From the IMG/VR virus record IMGVR_UViG_3300049448_000779: 64,000 bases of DNA. One strand, written 5' to 3'. Within the stretch, counting starts at the first letter, position 1; every line of letters begins with the position of its first letter. Position numbers and translations under genes: made by a program. Source of the DNA: an uncultured virus (IMG/VR IMGVR_UViG_3300049448_000779) (taxonomy: Duplodnaviria > Heunggongvirae > Uroviricota > Caudoviricetes). A model generated the notes under the pieces. That model ran no database searches. It worked only from the letters and a program-made list of their open reading frames with translations, and was not told the DNA's origin. This document shows, in pieces, positions 9,961 to 19,988 of this stretch.

Positions 9961-10455
9961 ATGCGCGTTTTTAGCTTTGGAGTAGCCCTCATGATCGCGA
10001 CCTTTTGCATGCCAGCTGCAGCTCAGGAAAGCGAGTTTCCAGCGCCCACGCTCTCGGTAATCCTTTGGTCGGCTCGGTCGTGTTACGCGGAGGCCACTTG
10101 GTCTCAGGCCGATTGCACGGCGCTGCTACACGTTATTCGCAAGCGCGCCCTGACGGCCGGCTGGTCCTTCATCCGGATGCTAAAAGCCTACTCGGTCAAG
10201 AACTGGGTTCAGAGCGAGCATGGTCAACAGGCACTTGCGCTTGAACTGGGCACGAACAAAGGGCAGTCCGCGAGCTGGAACTCGAGTTGGCAGAAGCTCG
10301 TGATGCATGTGGTGGACGTGCTGCGTGGGCGCACATCCGATCCTTGCCCTACGGCGAATCATTGGGCAGCAAAGTACTACCAACCCAAAAGCCCAATGCG
10401 ACGCGTGGCATGTGAAGTCGAGACCGCCAACGCGTTCTGGGTGGCAAGCGGGTAG
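9961..10455 (+). CDS. secreted cell-wall-hydrolase-like protein
   Basis: Signal peptide; ARSCYAEA and DPCPTANHW resemble SleB/Hydrolase_2 motifs. Confidence 0.5.
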   Translation: MRVFSFGVALMIATFCMPAAAQESEFPAPTLSVILWSARSCYAEATWSQADCTALLHVIRKRALTAGWSFIRMLKAYSVKNWVQSEHGQQALALELGTNKGQSASWNSSWQKLVMHVVDVLRGRTSDPCPTANHWAAKYYQPKSPMRRVACEVETANAFWVASG

Positions 10456-10553
10456 GTAGTTGCCGCACGCGACTCTTGGCCAGTCAGCGGTAGGGATTGA
10501 GACTTCCGCGGTTACGAGTACTGTTAGTCCTGAACCCTAACAAGGAGCAGCGA

Positions 10554-10883
10554 ATGCCCAAGTTTGAAGTCGGTAATGTCGCGGGCCTGCGGACCGATCC
10601 AGGTGTCACACGCGTCGTGCAATACATGGGCGAAGACAACCTGGGTCGACTTCTCTTTGAGGACGTCACGACCGAAGAGGAGCTATTCGGATCTCCAGAA
10701 GACTTTTCAGTGCCTGTGTCATCTCTCGAGATCGAATACCTGGGGGATATGATGCTGGTAGCCTTGGAGAATCCCGCCGAACATGGCTTTGGCTTCATCT
10801 CTCTCGAGATGGTCCGAACTAAAATGGCGGAAGATCTGGCCGAAAACGAGCCTTGGCTAGAGCATCACCCATCTAACCACTGA
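10554..10883 (+). CDS. hypothetical protein
   Basis: AAGGAG RBS before MPKFEVG. Confidence 0.6.
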   Translation: MPKFEVGNVAGLRTDPGVTRVVQYMGEDNLGRLLFEDVTTEEELFGSPEDFSVPVSSLEIEYLGDMMLVALENPAEHGFGFISLEMVRTKMAEDLAENEPWLEHHPSNH

Positions 10884-10900
10884 CTCGACGCTTTCGTAGC

Positions 10901-11092
10901 TCACCGTCTCGGAGCTGGAACCGTGTCTGTCCGCGGGGTGTTCCGCAGCGGCTCTTTTCGCATCGTGCATGGACGAAGATGGGTCTCTTTGCAGCTTGGG
11001 CAGCGGACGATACGGTAGCTGATAGGCTTCGCGATCGGAGCTACATCTGGATCATTGGGGTCTGGTGCGGGTGGCAGTATAGTGGATGACAT
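10901..11092 (-). CDS. small CxxC hypothetical protein
   Basis: ORF track; GGTGTA motif and leader hairpin (11102-11136) upstream. Confidence 0.45.
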   Translation of the reverse strand: MSSTILPPAPDPNDPDVAPIAKPISYRIVRCPSCKETHLRPCTMRKEPLRNTPRTDTVPAPRR

Positions 11093-11146
11093 CTAGACCA
11101 TGAGGGGCAAAAGTAGAACAACAACTATGCCCCTCCACTACACCAG

Positions 11147-11860
11147 TTAAACCTTGCGGCTCCTCACCGCTAGGACAGCCCCAGTCTCAGAGAAATCAAC
11201 GATCACTTTCATGTCTAGTTTCGGGGTGACCCGACTGTTGCCCCCATCGAAGCATGTGGCATCAAAGTCAAACACGCGCTTCCCGACCCGCACCTTCCCC
11301 ACCAGGCTTTTGCGTGAGTACGCCGTGATGACCCCCTGGAAGTCGAAGCGTTTTTTCGAAGGTTCGAGTAATGGCGTGCTGACCTGCCAATGCGTCTTGC
11401 CTCCGCATCGCTTGTTGAGACTGCAGGTGACCTGGACGACTTGCTTCGCGAGATGCAGAGCGTCTTCTAGTGTCTTTGGCTCTGCGGAGATCATGAAAGC
11501 GCCAGCCGCATACGTGGCACCGATGCCCTCGGCTGCCCAATACGGGTGCTCGGTCACGAAGCCTTCTTGATTTGTTGCCCACATTTCATCGAGGACGTGG
11601 TCGTAGCAGATCAACTGGTAATCGCATGCGTAGCCGTTCTTCCTCAGGTGGGTTTTGACAGCGTCAGCTGTCTGGACCTTGGCCCTCCGAAGTTCATCCA
11701 AGACCATGAGGTTGCCAGCGACCGCGACCGTAACTCCTTGCAGGCCCAAGATCTTGGTAGCGGACGTGGTCCAAACGCGTCCGTCGAGGTCGCAAACTTG
11801 GCCGTCCGCCATGATGATGGCGCCCTTCTGCGGGACACGAACGCCAATGATTATGGTCAT
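11147..11860 (-). CDS. HslV/proteasome-beta-like Ntn peptidase with C-terminal OB/cold-shock-like domain
   Basis: N-terminal Thr (MTIIIG), ADGQ, KI, AVAG, GIGATYAAGA, CGG; C-terminal FQGVITAYS...VIVDF beta domain. Confidence 0.7.
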   Translation of the reverse strand: MTIIIGVRVPQKGAIIMADGQVCDLDGRVWTTSATKILGLQGVTVAVAGNLMVLDELRRAKVQTADAVKTHLRKNGYACDYQLICYDHVLDEMWATNQEGFVTEHPYWAAEGIGATYAAGAFMISAEPKTLEDALHLAKQVVQVTCSLNKRCGGKTHWQVSTPLLEPSKKRFDFQGVITAYSRKSLVGKVRVGKRVFDFDATCFDGGNSRVTPKLDMKVIVDFSETGAVLAVRSRKV

Positions 11861-11887
11861 GCCGGCAGCTACACCAGCCCCCTAGCG

Positions 11888-13258
11888 TTACAGGAACTGT
11901 TCAACGTTCAGCTCGTACTTCGCAGTTAGACCACGATCGCGGTGCCAGATGTCACATCGCAGCGAGCGTCTGGCACGATAGCCCTCTTGTGCGTGCCACG
12001 AGTCTTTCGAGGCGAGCGTGTTGAAGTACTCGACCTCGACGCCAGGGAATTCCTGTGCCTTGTGATGGTGCACGTGGCCGCAGTAGACGTGCGTGCGCTT
12101 GGTCGCGCCCCATCTCACTCGAGCATCATGCGCGATCAGTGCGGGTAGCTGAGCCATCCGCGTCTTGTGCCCGTGTGTCGACGCGAGCAGGTTACTGCCG
12201 AACTGGTGGTACCAAACCATCTGATGGTTTGGCGCGATCGTCACCCTTGGGTTATCCCGCCAGCGTTCTGCGAGCACCATTTGGATCACCATCGACGTAA
12301 GGTCATCGTGGTTGCCGCGGTTGGTCACCAGCTCGACGTGATCGTGCTTTTCGAGGCCCTCCATGATTGCGAGGTTCATTGTCTCGACGAATATGTAGAT
12401 GACCTTCGACCATCTCGAATCAACGTCTACGCGTGTACCGGCTGTCGTTTGGGCGCTGTTGCCGTCAGAGTGCACCGCGTCACCCAGATTGATCAGCAGT
12501 AGCCTTGAGCTGGGCGGAGAGATCCGCAGCGCCTCTCGGATTGCGTTGACGTGCACTCGGCGTGCGATATCGACATCCCAATCATCCCCGGTTTCTTTCG
12601 CCCACGCGAGCATTCCGAAGTGCGGATCGCCAATCACGATCGCGACTTCGTAGTCGTCCAAGGTCTCGACGATCTTGAGCACCTCTGGGGCTCGCGGAAC
12701 GGGGTTTGCCAGAACCGCAGACTTGGCGATCTCGACCAGATGATCTGGGTCGTCTGGAACCTTCGTTGTCTTGACCCATTGTTGGACTACTTTGCCACTG
12801 CCATCGATGAGCGTGCTCGCGCCTCGTAGCCGATAGCCCTCAGGAGCACGCACCACGTGTAGCTCCGGGTGTTTTCGTGCAAGCGCTGCTTCGATCAAAC
12901 TGTCAGCACTCTCAACGAGAGGTTCGGTGTTGACGGCCGGTCTCGGCCTGCCATCGCTGAACGTCCCCTTCGACGCTGGGTATTGGTACTGTGAAGCCGC
13001 TTCTTCTGTAGGTGGGTCTACATCCAAAGGTTCATCAAGCTCGTCTTGCTCTGCATTTAGCGGAGCATCGTCAACTGCTTGTTTGCTTTCGAATGCAGGC
13101 GGTGGCGTCGACTCGACTCTCGGTCTGGGGATCGACACGATTCGGGACCGAGTTCTCTTTCTCTGGGCGCTTCGATAAATCGCCAGACAAGTGCAATCGG
13201 CATGTTGGGATCGTGGTTTTCCCTTGCCGACATACATGGGATGGATGCTGCATTTCAT
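11888..13258 (-). CDS. calcineurin-like metallophosphoesterase (phage type) with disordered N-terminus
   Basis: GDPHFG, LGDAVH, RGNHD, THGH, CGHVHH motifs; ATGA overlap with upstream gene. Confidence 0.85.
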   Translation of the reverse strand: MKCSIHPMYVGKGKPRSQHADCTCLAIYRSAQRKRTRSRIVSIPRPRVESTPPPAFESKQAVDDAPLNAEQDELDEPLDVDPPTEEAASQYQYPASKGTFSDGRPRPAVNTEPLVESADSLIEAALARKHPELHVVRAPEGYRLRGASTLIDGSGKVVQQWVKTTKVPDDPDHLVEIAKSAVLANPVPRAPEVLKIVETLDDYEVAIVIGDPHFGMLAWAKETGDDWDVDIARRVHVNAIREALRISPPSSRLLLINLGDAVHSDGNSAQTTAGTRVDVDSRWSKVIYIFVETMNLAIMEGLEKHDHVELVTNRGNHDDLTSMVIQMVLAERWRDNPRVTIAPNHQMVWYHQFGSNLLASTHGHKTRMAQLPALIAHDARVRWGATKRTHVYCGHVHHHKAQEFPGVEVEYFNTLASKDSWHAQEGYRARRSLRCDIWHRDRGLTAKYELNVEQFL

Positions 13259-13515
13259 TTCACTACTTTGCTCCTCTTTTTCAGCCACCGATAAACAGCA
13301 TCCTTCCCAGTCACCACCCCATTGCGCTTGAGCCAGGCAGTGATCTTGATGGCCCCGAGATGGCACTCAGGGTGCTCGCGGTTGTGTCGGATGAACCTGT
13401 CGAGATGAGACACGAAGTGCGGGGGCGGTTTCCACCCGGTGGCGTCCATCTCCTGCTCTATGAATTCGTCTGCTGACACAGACAGGGTCGAGACCTTCTG
13501 TCTCTCGTGCGTCAT
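13255..13515 (-). CDS. small hypothetical, possible HTH
   Basis: GAIKITAWLKRNGVVTGKDAVYRWLK; coupled to downstream gene. Confidence 0.55.
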   Translation of the reverse strand: MTHERQKVSTLSVSADEFIEQEMDATGWKPPPHFVSHLDRFIRHNREHPECHLGAIKITAWLKRNGVVTGKDAVYRWLKKRSKVVK

Positions 13516-13637
13516 TGCTTTACACCCTTCAACAAAGGAAACCCGTTAGTCACTAGGGTTTCGTCCAAATACACCACGGCCGAAGTCCTTGTATGGCTGT
13601 GTTAGAAGGGCGAGCCCCTCACGGTGTATTCATGAGA

Positions 13638-13874
13638 ATGAAAGAGCCTGCAAAGATGAGGCACGTGCATCAGTGGCGCATCTACACCCCGCCGCCGAGC
13701 ACCAAACAAGGGCGACAGATATACTTCGAGTTCCAGACTCTACCTGAGCGTGATCTATGGACTCATCGCAGATGTGATTGCGGAGCCAAGATGCGTTGCT
13801 TGACTAAAGCACTGGCCGCATACCCAAAGGGCTTTCTCGCCTTCGCCGATGAAGAGTGGGAGAACGAGAGTTGA
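13638..13874 (+). CDS. hypothetical protein (HxHxW...CxC)
   Basis: ATG 9 nt after GGTGTA; overlaps start of map. Confidence 0.5.
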   Translation: MKEPAKMRHVHQWRIYTPPPSTKQGRQIYFEFQTLPERDLWTHRRCDCGAKMRCLTKALAAYPKGFLAFADEEWENES

Positions 13875-14611
13875 CAGTCGCTGGCCCGGAGGATCTTGAA
13901 GGCCTGCGCCAAATCGGAGCGATTGTCGGCGCTGTCCGCGATGCCATGCTCGAGCACGCTCGCGAGGGGATCTCCACTGCTGAGCTGGACGAGATCGGCG
14001 GCCGACTCCTGGAGAGTCATGGCGCTCGGTCGGCTCCGCGACTTGCGTACAATTTCCCGGGTTACACGTGCATCAGCGTGAACGACGCCATCGCGCATGG
14101 GGTGCCATCTTCCACCAAAGTTCTCAACGCTGGGGACATCGTGAACATCGACGTATCAGCTGAGCTGAACGGCTACTGGGCCGATACTGGGGCTAGCGTC
14201 GCGGTGGGCCAAGTGAATCAGCGGCTACGCAAACTCCTTTGGACTACGAGGGCGATCCAGCTCGAGGCAATGCGTAGCTGTTGTGCCGGGACACCGATCA
14301 ATGGCGTCGGTCAGCTCATCGAGAAGAAAGCGCGCAAAGCTGGGTTCCGAGTTGTGAGGCAGCTCAGCGGCCACGGGGTTGGGCGGCATATTCACGAGCT
14401 ACCAAACATCCCAAACGTCTATGACGTCCAGCACTCCACAGCATTGTGGGAGGGGTTGGTAATCACAATCGAGCCCTTCCTGACACTCAGCGCCACTGAA
14501 GTTGTGCAAGAGAGCGACGGTTGGACATTGCGTACGGCTGACGGCTGCGTCGGCGCGCAATTTGAACATACGTTCGTGGTGACCGATGGAGCGCCGATCG
14601 TCCTCACCTAG
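13871..14611 (+). CDS. map: type I methionine aminopeptidase
   Basis: TCISVND.IAHGVP, NIDVS, YWADTG, GHGVG..IHE, ITIEP, AQFEHT. Confidence 0.96.
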   Translation: MTVAGPEDLEGLRQIGAIVGAVRDAMLEHAREGISTAELDEIGGRLLESHGARSAPRLAYNFPGYTCISVNDAIAHGVPSSTKVLNAGDIVNIDVSAELNGYWADTGASVAVGQVNQRLRKLLWTTRAIQLEAMRSCCAGTPINGVGQLIEKKARKAGFRVVRQLSGHGVGRHIHELPNIPNVYDVQHSTALWEGLVITIEPFLTLSATEVVQESDGWTLRTADGCVGAQFEHTFVVTDGAPIVLT

Positions 14612-14673
14612 TCGTCACCTTGTTGGACTTATGCCTGGCGTAATTGGACCTCAACCAATCCCTGGGACCCGTC

Positions 14674-15474
14674 ATGACGCTGTTGGCGCACCTCTCTGAT
14701 TTACATCTACTGGAGAGAGATCACGCTGACCGCGTGGGGTTGGCGAGAAGGCGCTTGCAGATCATGCATATTGGCTTTGAAGCCGATGCTGAGATGAGGT
14801 TGCAAAGGTCTGTCGCGGCGCTCACTATGGCGCGCAGGGCTGCCGATCACCTTGTCCTCACTGGAGACGTGACAGAAGACGGAGCGAGCGGCCAGTTCGA
14901 AGTATTAGGCGAGGCGCTCCAGGCCAGTGGCTGGGATCTCAGTCACGTCACAGTCGTCCCTGGCAACCATGACGGTTACACAACCATCGGAGCGTTTGAG
15001 CGCGCTCTCCGCGGACCTTTGTGCGGATGTCACTCGCCAACGGATGGCCCGTTGGTCTTGGATGACCTGGTCATTGTGCCGCAGAGCACAATGATCGAGG
15101 ATCGCCCGTTCCCGCTCGCCGGTGGCAGGATCCAGCTTGAGGATCTAGCCAAGTTACGGCTGGTCATAGCCAGCAATCCGGGAATCCCCATCGTGATCGC
15201 CCAACATCATCCGCCGTTCCACAACGACTACCCGATGTTCGAGTGGTTCGATGGCACCGAGAACGCGACTCGGTTGTACGACCTGCTGATCGAGCATCCA
15301 GCGCTCCACGTCTTGCACGGGCACGTGCACGAGAAGTCGACCGTCACGCTTTTTGACCGACCGTCTCCTCAGATCATGTCGGTGGCGTCCGTTCGCGAAC
15401 AGCCTCTAGAGTTGGCCCTCAGATTCTACGAGCCGAAAGCCGCGTCCATAGTCCCTAGGTTTCTCGTGGTTTAG
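14674..15474 (+). CDS. CpdA/Icc-like metallophosphoesterase
   Basis: HLSDLH, LTGD, VPGNHD, QHHP, LHGHVH. Confidence 0.88.
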   Translation: MTLLAHLSDLHLLERDHADRVGLARRRLQIMHIGFEADAEMRLQRSVAALTMARRAADHLVLTGDVTEDGASGQFEVLGEALQASGWDLSHVTVVPGNHDGYTTIGAFERALRGPLCGCHSPTDGPLVLDDLVIVPQSTMIEDRPFPLAGGRIQLEDLAKLRLVIASNPGIPIVIAQHHPPFHNDYPMFEWFDGTENATRLYDLLIEHPALHVLHGHVHEKSTVTLFDRPSPQIMSVASVREQPLELALRFYEPKAASIVPRFLVV

Positions 15475-16000
15475 TGGCGGCGTGCGGGGACCCATACTTG
15501 ATAGGGCCTCGCTTTGGGACGGTCAACATCCGAATCCTACCCCCACAGCTTGCGTTGCGCCGGCACGCGATTGTCATAGCTATCGAGACTGCTTTGTAGG
15601 CTGCGTCCAAGCTCTTCGCGAGCGGCAAAGCTTCAAGAGCCCCTAAGCCGAACGGAGACCCAGCACCGATCCCAGTGATGGGCCGGCCCAAGACGACGTC
15701 GTTCAGGTAGAGGCGATCCGAGCGTTTGTCGTAGGCTAGCCATTCCGCGTCATCGTCCATGTTGTCGTCGATCGCGGAGCGAACACCAACAAAGCTCTTG
15801 GGAGGCGAGGTGGCTATCTTATGGAATAGCTTGCCGAAATTGCCAGCCATCATCACGATGGTCGATCCGCACACGACGTATTTCTTGTCCGCGTCGCTGA
15901 TGATCGTGTTGGTCTCGGCGTCGACGATGCGCCCGTCGCACGCGAGGATCGCGCCTTCCCCTGGGACCCGGTAGCTGAGACAAATTGTAATCTCACCCAC
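15455..16000 (-). CDS. second HslV/proteasome-beta-like Ntn peptidase
   Basis: TICLS...ACDGR...KK...GIGAGSPFGLGAL...SCGG; paralogous to 11147-11860 (shared RVP..GAI). Confidence 0.7.
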   Translation of the reverse strand: MGEITICLSYRVPGEGAILACDGRIVDAETNTIISDADKKYVVCGSTIVMMAGNFGKLFHKIATSPPKSFVGVRSAIDDNMDDDAEWLAYDKRSDRLYLNDVVLGRPITGIGAGSPFGLGALEALPLAKSLDAAYKAVSIAMTIACRRNASCGGRIRMLTVPKRGPIKYGSPHAATKPRET

Positions 16001-16035
16001 TCCTTACCTAGCCCAACGGACAAGACTTTTATCCT

Positions 16036-16587
16036 TCAAGGTACCGGCTGATTACAGATCGAGGCCGAGTCCCTATCCAAGTCTAGTGACCTACTAGTCG
16101 GGCTCCGAGACCAAGGGCTTTCCGGAGGTAGCTCGTCCGGCGGGACTAGACTCCATACACCGTCTTTGTGGAGGTCCCCGTCCGACTTCCCTGTTCCGGC
16201 GCACCACATCAAGACGTGTAGCAACTCGTGAACCCGGATCGAGTAGGACAAACCTCTAGGATTGTCCGCCAGGTTCACGATGGCTCCGTTTTCCAGATCG
16301 TAGGAGAAGCTCTCCATGCACGCGGATGGGGCTTCCTTTCGCCGGCAGGCATGCGCGAGGCTTGCTTCGTCCAGGATTCGGTATCGGGTTGTCCGCGCCT
16401 GCTCGACGCACTTGTCACTGGGCCTCCCGTGCTTCCGTGCCCAGATTCTGGCAGCCGCCTGGTATGGCTCCTCGGGGACGGGCCACTTCATGGAATCCGA
16501 GATAGGCCCCGGCAGATACTCCACGGCGCAGGTAGAGATCGCTAACAGCAGGAGACTCAAGACGACCCAAAACCGCGATCCGTCCAT
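16036..16587 (-). CDS. exported HExxH metallopeptidase-like protein
   Basis: N-terminal hydrophobic segment; VHELLH. Confidence 0.55.
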   Translation of the reverse strand: MDGSRFWVVLSLLLLAISTCAVEYLPGPISDSMKWPVPEEPYQAAARIWARKHGRPSDKCVEQARTTRYRILDEASLAHACRRKEAPSACMESFSYDLENGAIVNLADNPRGLSYSIRVHELLHVLMWCAGTGKSDGDLHKDGVWSLVPPDELPPESPWSRSPTSRSLDLDRDSASICNQPVP

Positions 16588-16616
16588 GCCAAAGACGGGT
16601 CAACGACACATTATTG

Positions 16617-17066
16617 TCACCCCTCTTCTAGGTCAGTCCCTGTCATGCAAGTGACGACGAAGCGCCCGCCATAGTTGCGAGCCTTGTTGAGAAGGATGGC
16701 CGAGCCGAGGTCGGCGTCGGCTTCGCGCTTCTTGCAGGTCACGTCGATCACGACTGTGGCTTCACCAGCTCTGCACTCGACGTAATTGGTCACCTGGTCT
16801 CCGCGATCGCCACCGCCGCGCTTGCAGGTCCAGTTCGACAACTGAGTCGGCATCCTGATGGGTCCCGACTCGAGTCCCTGCCAGGTGGCTGAATACGCGG
16901 TCTCGGCGTGATTGCCCGCGAACAGCACGACCGTCGTGACTGTGACCCACGGATCGGGTCGAGGCTTCACAGCGTCAATGGGCAGTAGCAACAAAGCAGT
17001 GCACCCAGGGTCCGCCGCAGCGAGCCCCGGGAGCATCAGAACCAGTAGGAACACGAACAGGCGCAT
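16617..17066 (-). CDS. secreted hypothetical protein
   Basis: Signal peptide MRLFVFLLVLMLPGLAAA; AGGAGG RBS. Confidence 0.6.
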   Translation of the reverse strand: MRLFVFLLVLMLPGLAAADPGCTALLLLPIDAVKPRPDPWVTVTTVVLFAGNHAETAYSATWQGLESGPIRMPTQLSNWTCKRGGGDRGDQVTNYVECRAGEATVVIDVTCKKREADADLGSAILLNKARNYGGRFVVTCMTGTDLEEG

Positions 17067-17104
17067 AGAGCCTCCTGGGCTCTGCTACACCATCGCGCGG
17101 GCGA

Positions 17105-17425
17105 TCAGAGGCTTGTGTACATGCCCGTCAGAGACTCGATTACCTGATGAAGGCTATCAACATACACGTCTTCGTAGGTCTCCAGAGTCTTGCACTGCAT
17201 GACACCCTTGCTACGGCGAGCGCGGTACGACGTGACGGTATAGGTGTCGGCCGGCGTGAGAGTGATGCGGATATGGCTCACACTCTTCGCGTTGCGGCCA
17301 ATCTTGAACTGCAGGAACCGCTCTTTTGCGCTGCCCATCAGGTCCTTGGCGCCCAACATGAAAAGGGCCTTGCGGCCAAGCTGTGTTCGAATCGTATCCG
17401 CTACTTCGAGGGTTTCTGCTTCCAT
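17105..17425 (-). CDS. conserved-type phage hypothetical protein
   Basis: VADTIRTQLG...ITLTPADTYTV...DVYVDSLHQVIESLTGMYTSL pattern familiar from phage proteins. Confidence 0.7.
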   Translation of the reverse strand: MEAETLEVADTIRTQLGRKALFMLGAKDLMGSAKERFLQFKIGRNAKSVSHIRITLTPADTYTVTSYRARRSKGVMQCKTLETYEDVYVDSLHQVIESLTGMYTSL

Positions 17426-17469
17426 GCCCTAGATACAATCGAGAGCTGGCTAACTTCACGCCTACCGCT

Positions 17470-17763
17470 TCAGTTCTTGTCGGACACGATCTCGAATTTG
17501 AGGATCTGCGATCCGTTGACCGCGAGTGCGTCCTCTAGATTGGCAACGGTCGTCTCCCGCAGCTTCTTGGGATCCGCGTATGGGTTCGGAGCCGTGACGT
17601 ATTCGAGAGCGCGCTGCGCCGCGTCCTTGAGTAGCTCGAGCTTCATCGCCGCTTTGGCCTCTGCGCGTTCCTTTGCATCGAGACGAGCCCTTAAGCGAGC
17701 AGCTTCGGCCAGCGCCTGATCGCGTTCTTCAGTGATCTGTTCTTGGTCTGCTAGGTTTGGCAT
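17470..17763 (-). CDS. hypothetical coiled-coil protein
   Basis: ORF track; GAGG RBS; GGTGTA upstream. Confidence 0.55.
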   Translation of the reverse strand: MPNLADQEQITEERDQALAEAARLRARLDAKERAEAKAAMKLELLKDAAQRALEYVTAPNPYADPKKLRETTVANLEDALAVNGSQILKFEIVSDKN

Positions 17764-17954
17764 CGGTTACCTCGGCCTCTGGCCGTCCTGCCTGCTTGAT
17801 ACACCGAGTCTGGCTCCCGGTGGACCAGCGCGTGCTTGGCCGATTTGATGGCAACTCGGGCGACAAGAGTTATGCTGTGCAAAGCTCGACGCGAGTATCC
17901 CCTTTTCGTCTTGCTTGGGTATGTTTAGGGCGTCAGGCCCTAAGGAGGCACTAT

Positions 17955-18128
17955 ATGTTGGATTCCTTCATCATCGACCAGCTTGAACGGCAACGGCGTG
18001 AAGAGGAACGGCAGCGGCAGCGCCCTCAACCTCAGCTCGAACTTGAGTTGCCGTACCCCTACCCGCTAGTGCCAGGTGAACCGGTTTCCGAAGAAGAGAC
18101 TGGCATCTGGAGCATCAATCTGCTGTAA
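17955..18128 (+). CDS. small MLDSFII protein, myxobacterial-like
   Basis: AAGGAGG RBS; MLDSFIIDQLERQRREEERQRQRPQPQLELELP resembles small conserved myxobacterial proteins (from memory). Confidence 0.65.
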   Translation: MLDSFIIDQLERQRREEERQRQRPQPQLELELPYPYPLVPGEPVSEEETGIWSINLL

Positions 18129-18137
18129 GTCTAGCTG

Positions 18138-18506
18138 CTACTGAAAGTCGCGCGACTTGTGGTCGAACGAGATCGTATCTGGTAGGAGTCGATCATGAAT
18201 GCCGGACACATCGATGACCGCTGAGTCGTCGACTGGGTCGTAGGTTGCTTGGATCTGCACACCCTCGCAGCCAATCTGGACAACTTCGATTCCGTTGTGC
18301 CGGAGAAACAGCGTCAAGTCGGCTGCGTCGGCCGTTAGGTCTCGACTGGTCGACTTGATCACCACGTACGGCCCCTCTCGGTCGCACTCCTCTTGGTGGG
18401 TTTCACCATCCCCAGAGTCACATGTCTCGAACCCGGCTGCGCTTAGCGCGGCCACGGTAAGTCTGATCCCTGGGTTCAGGTAGTTGAGAATGTTGGTGTC
18501 CATCAC
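18138..18506 (-). CDS. hypothetical protein
   Basis: LNPGIRLTVAAL..AGFETCDSGDG motif. Confidence 0.6.
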   Translation of the reverse strand: MMDTNILNYLNPGIRLTVAALSAAGFETCDSGDGETHQEECDREGPYVVIKSTSRDLTADAADLTLFLRHNGIEVVQIGCEGVQIQATYDPVDDSAVIDVSGIHDRLLPDTISFDHKSRDFQ

Positions 18507-18566
18507 CAGAGGTGTATAGAAAAACGATTACGACTCTACCTGACCCTCTGCTTCCTGAGCGCTGAC

Positions 18567-19379
18567 ATGCAAGAACCAGTCATCTTCTTCCGCGACAGGT
18601 TGACCGACCAAGAAGAACTTGAGGCGGCCAGGGAGCATTTCTCTGTCGTCACGCAGCGCACCAAGATCAAGCGTGGCGAACTGGTGATCCCGCGGTACAG
18701 CGCGCTGCCTGACAACAGAGAGCTGTGTCTAGACCTGTTCGAGCTGGGTGCAATCCCGATCAACAACTACCGCCAACACTGCTACGTCGCGGACGTGCGC
18801 AACTGGTACTACGACCTCGCCGACTACACGCCGCGCACTTGGTTCGCGCTCGACCAGATACCGGACAGAGGGCCGTTCGTTCTGAAGGGCGCGACCAACA
18901 GCCGCAAGCTCTTGTGGAACACGCACATGTTCGCCGAGGACAAGCAAGCGGCGATCGACGTGTATACGCGGCTCGCGCAGGACACGACCATTGGAGTTCA
19001 GCCGATCTATGTGCGCGAGTACGTGCCGCTCCATCGCCTCGCGACCGGCCTCAATGCCCTCCCAATTTCAGAAGAATACCGGTTTTTTGTGTTGGACGGG
19101 CAGGTGGTCGCGACCGGCTTCTATTGGTCGAGCCACATCGATGACCTGGATCGCGAGTACACGAGCGACGCTGTTCCGCGCGAGTTCGTGAACAAGATCG
19201 TCGACCGAGTGTCGAGCCACGTCCGTTTCTGGGTGTTCGACGTGGCGCGCACCGCAGACGGAAGCTGGATAGTGATTGAGCTTAACGACGGCCAGCAGTC
19301 GGGGCTGTCTGAGATCAACCCGCGCGAGTTTTACAAGAACCTCCGCGACGCGCTAAGGTCTTCACTCGAAGCCAAGTAG
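18567..19379 (+). CDS. ATP-grasp fold ligase (R2K/DUF4343-like)
   Basis: PFVLKG, EYRFFVLDGQVV, DVARTADGSWIVIELNDGQQSGL. Confidence 0.85.
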   Translation: MQEPVIFFRDRLTDQEELEAAREHFSVVTQRTKIKRGELVIPRYSALPDNRELCLDLFELGAIPINNYRQHCYVADVRNWYYDLADYTPRTWFALDQIPDRGPFVLKGATNSRKLLWNTHMFAEDKQAAIDVYTRLAQDTTIGVQPIYVREYVPLHRLATGLNALPISEEYRFFVLDGQVVATGFYWSSHIDDLDREYTSDAVPREFVNKIVDRVSSHVRFWVFDVARTADGSWIVIELNDGQQSGLSEINPREFYKNLRDALRSSLEAK

Positions 19380-19669
19380 GTGATCGCTTGCGTCGTCGCC
19401 GGCACAACAGTCTGGCGCAACCCACCTTCCCGAAGACGATCGCAGCAAAGCTAATCCCCCAGACTGGTAGCACGATGAACAGGGCGATCGGCCCAAACAA
19501 GTTCATGAAAGCTACGTTCCGCCAGGCTACGATTCTAGAACGCCTCATCCCCGGTTCCAGCGGTCTCGCATCCAACGTCGTAGGTGTACCCACTCAAGAT
19601 AGGTCAGCAGAGCGACGACTCCGATGAGGGTTCTGATTGTGTCCACGGCTCTTGAAAGCCAGCTCCGCA

Positions 19670-19861
19670 TCATGGCTCGGTCGGCTCCGTGGGATCCGGG
19701 TCAGCCTGGCCGATCCTATGTGCCCTGATCTTGTTCAGCAGGCCGCGCCGGCTGATCCCTAAAATCGCCGCGGTACGAGACCGGTTACCGCTGTTCTCTA
19801 GAAGGTACTTTTCGATCAGAGTCTTCTCGTGTTCGTTCATCAGTTGCTTGAGTAGGGGCAT
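19670..19861 (-). CDS. stand-alone Fis-family HTH protein
   Basis: EKTLIEKYLLENSGNRSRTAAILGISRRGLLNKI. Confidence 0.88.
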   Translation of the reverse strand: MPLLKQLMNEHEKTLIEKYLLENSGNRSRTAAILGISRRGLLNKIRAHRIGQADPDPTEPTEP

Positions 19862-19988
19862 TGCTTGACTCCGGGGAGCGCTACACCAAAGTCGAGCCTC
19901 GGCTGGCTGAACCGCTTCTCCACCGGTCTTGAGAATCAACCGATGCGCCACCTATTTTGTGTACGGCTGGCTCGGCTTAGATGACTTG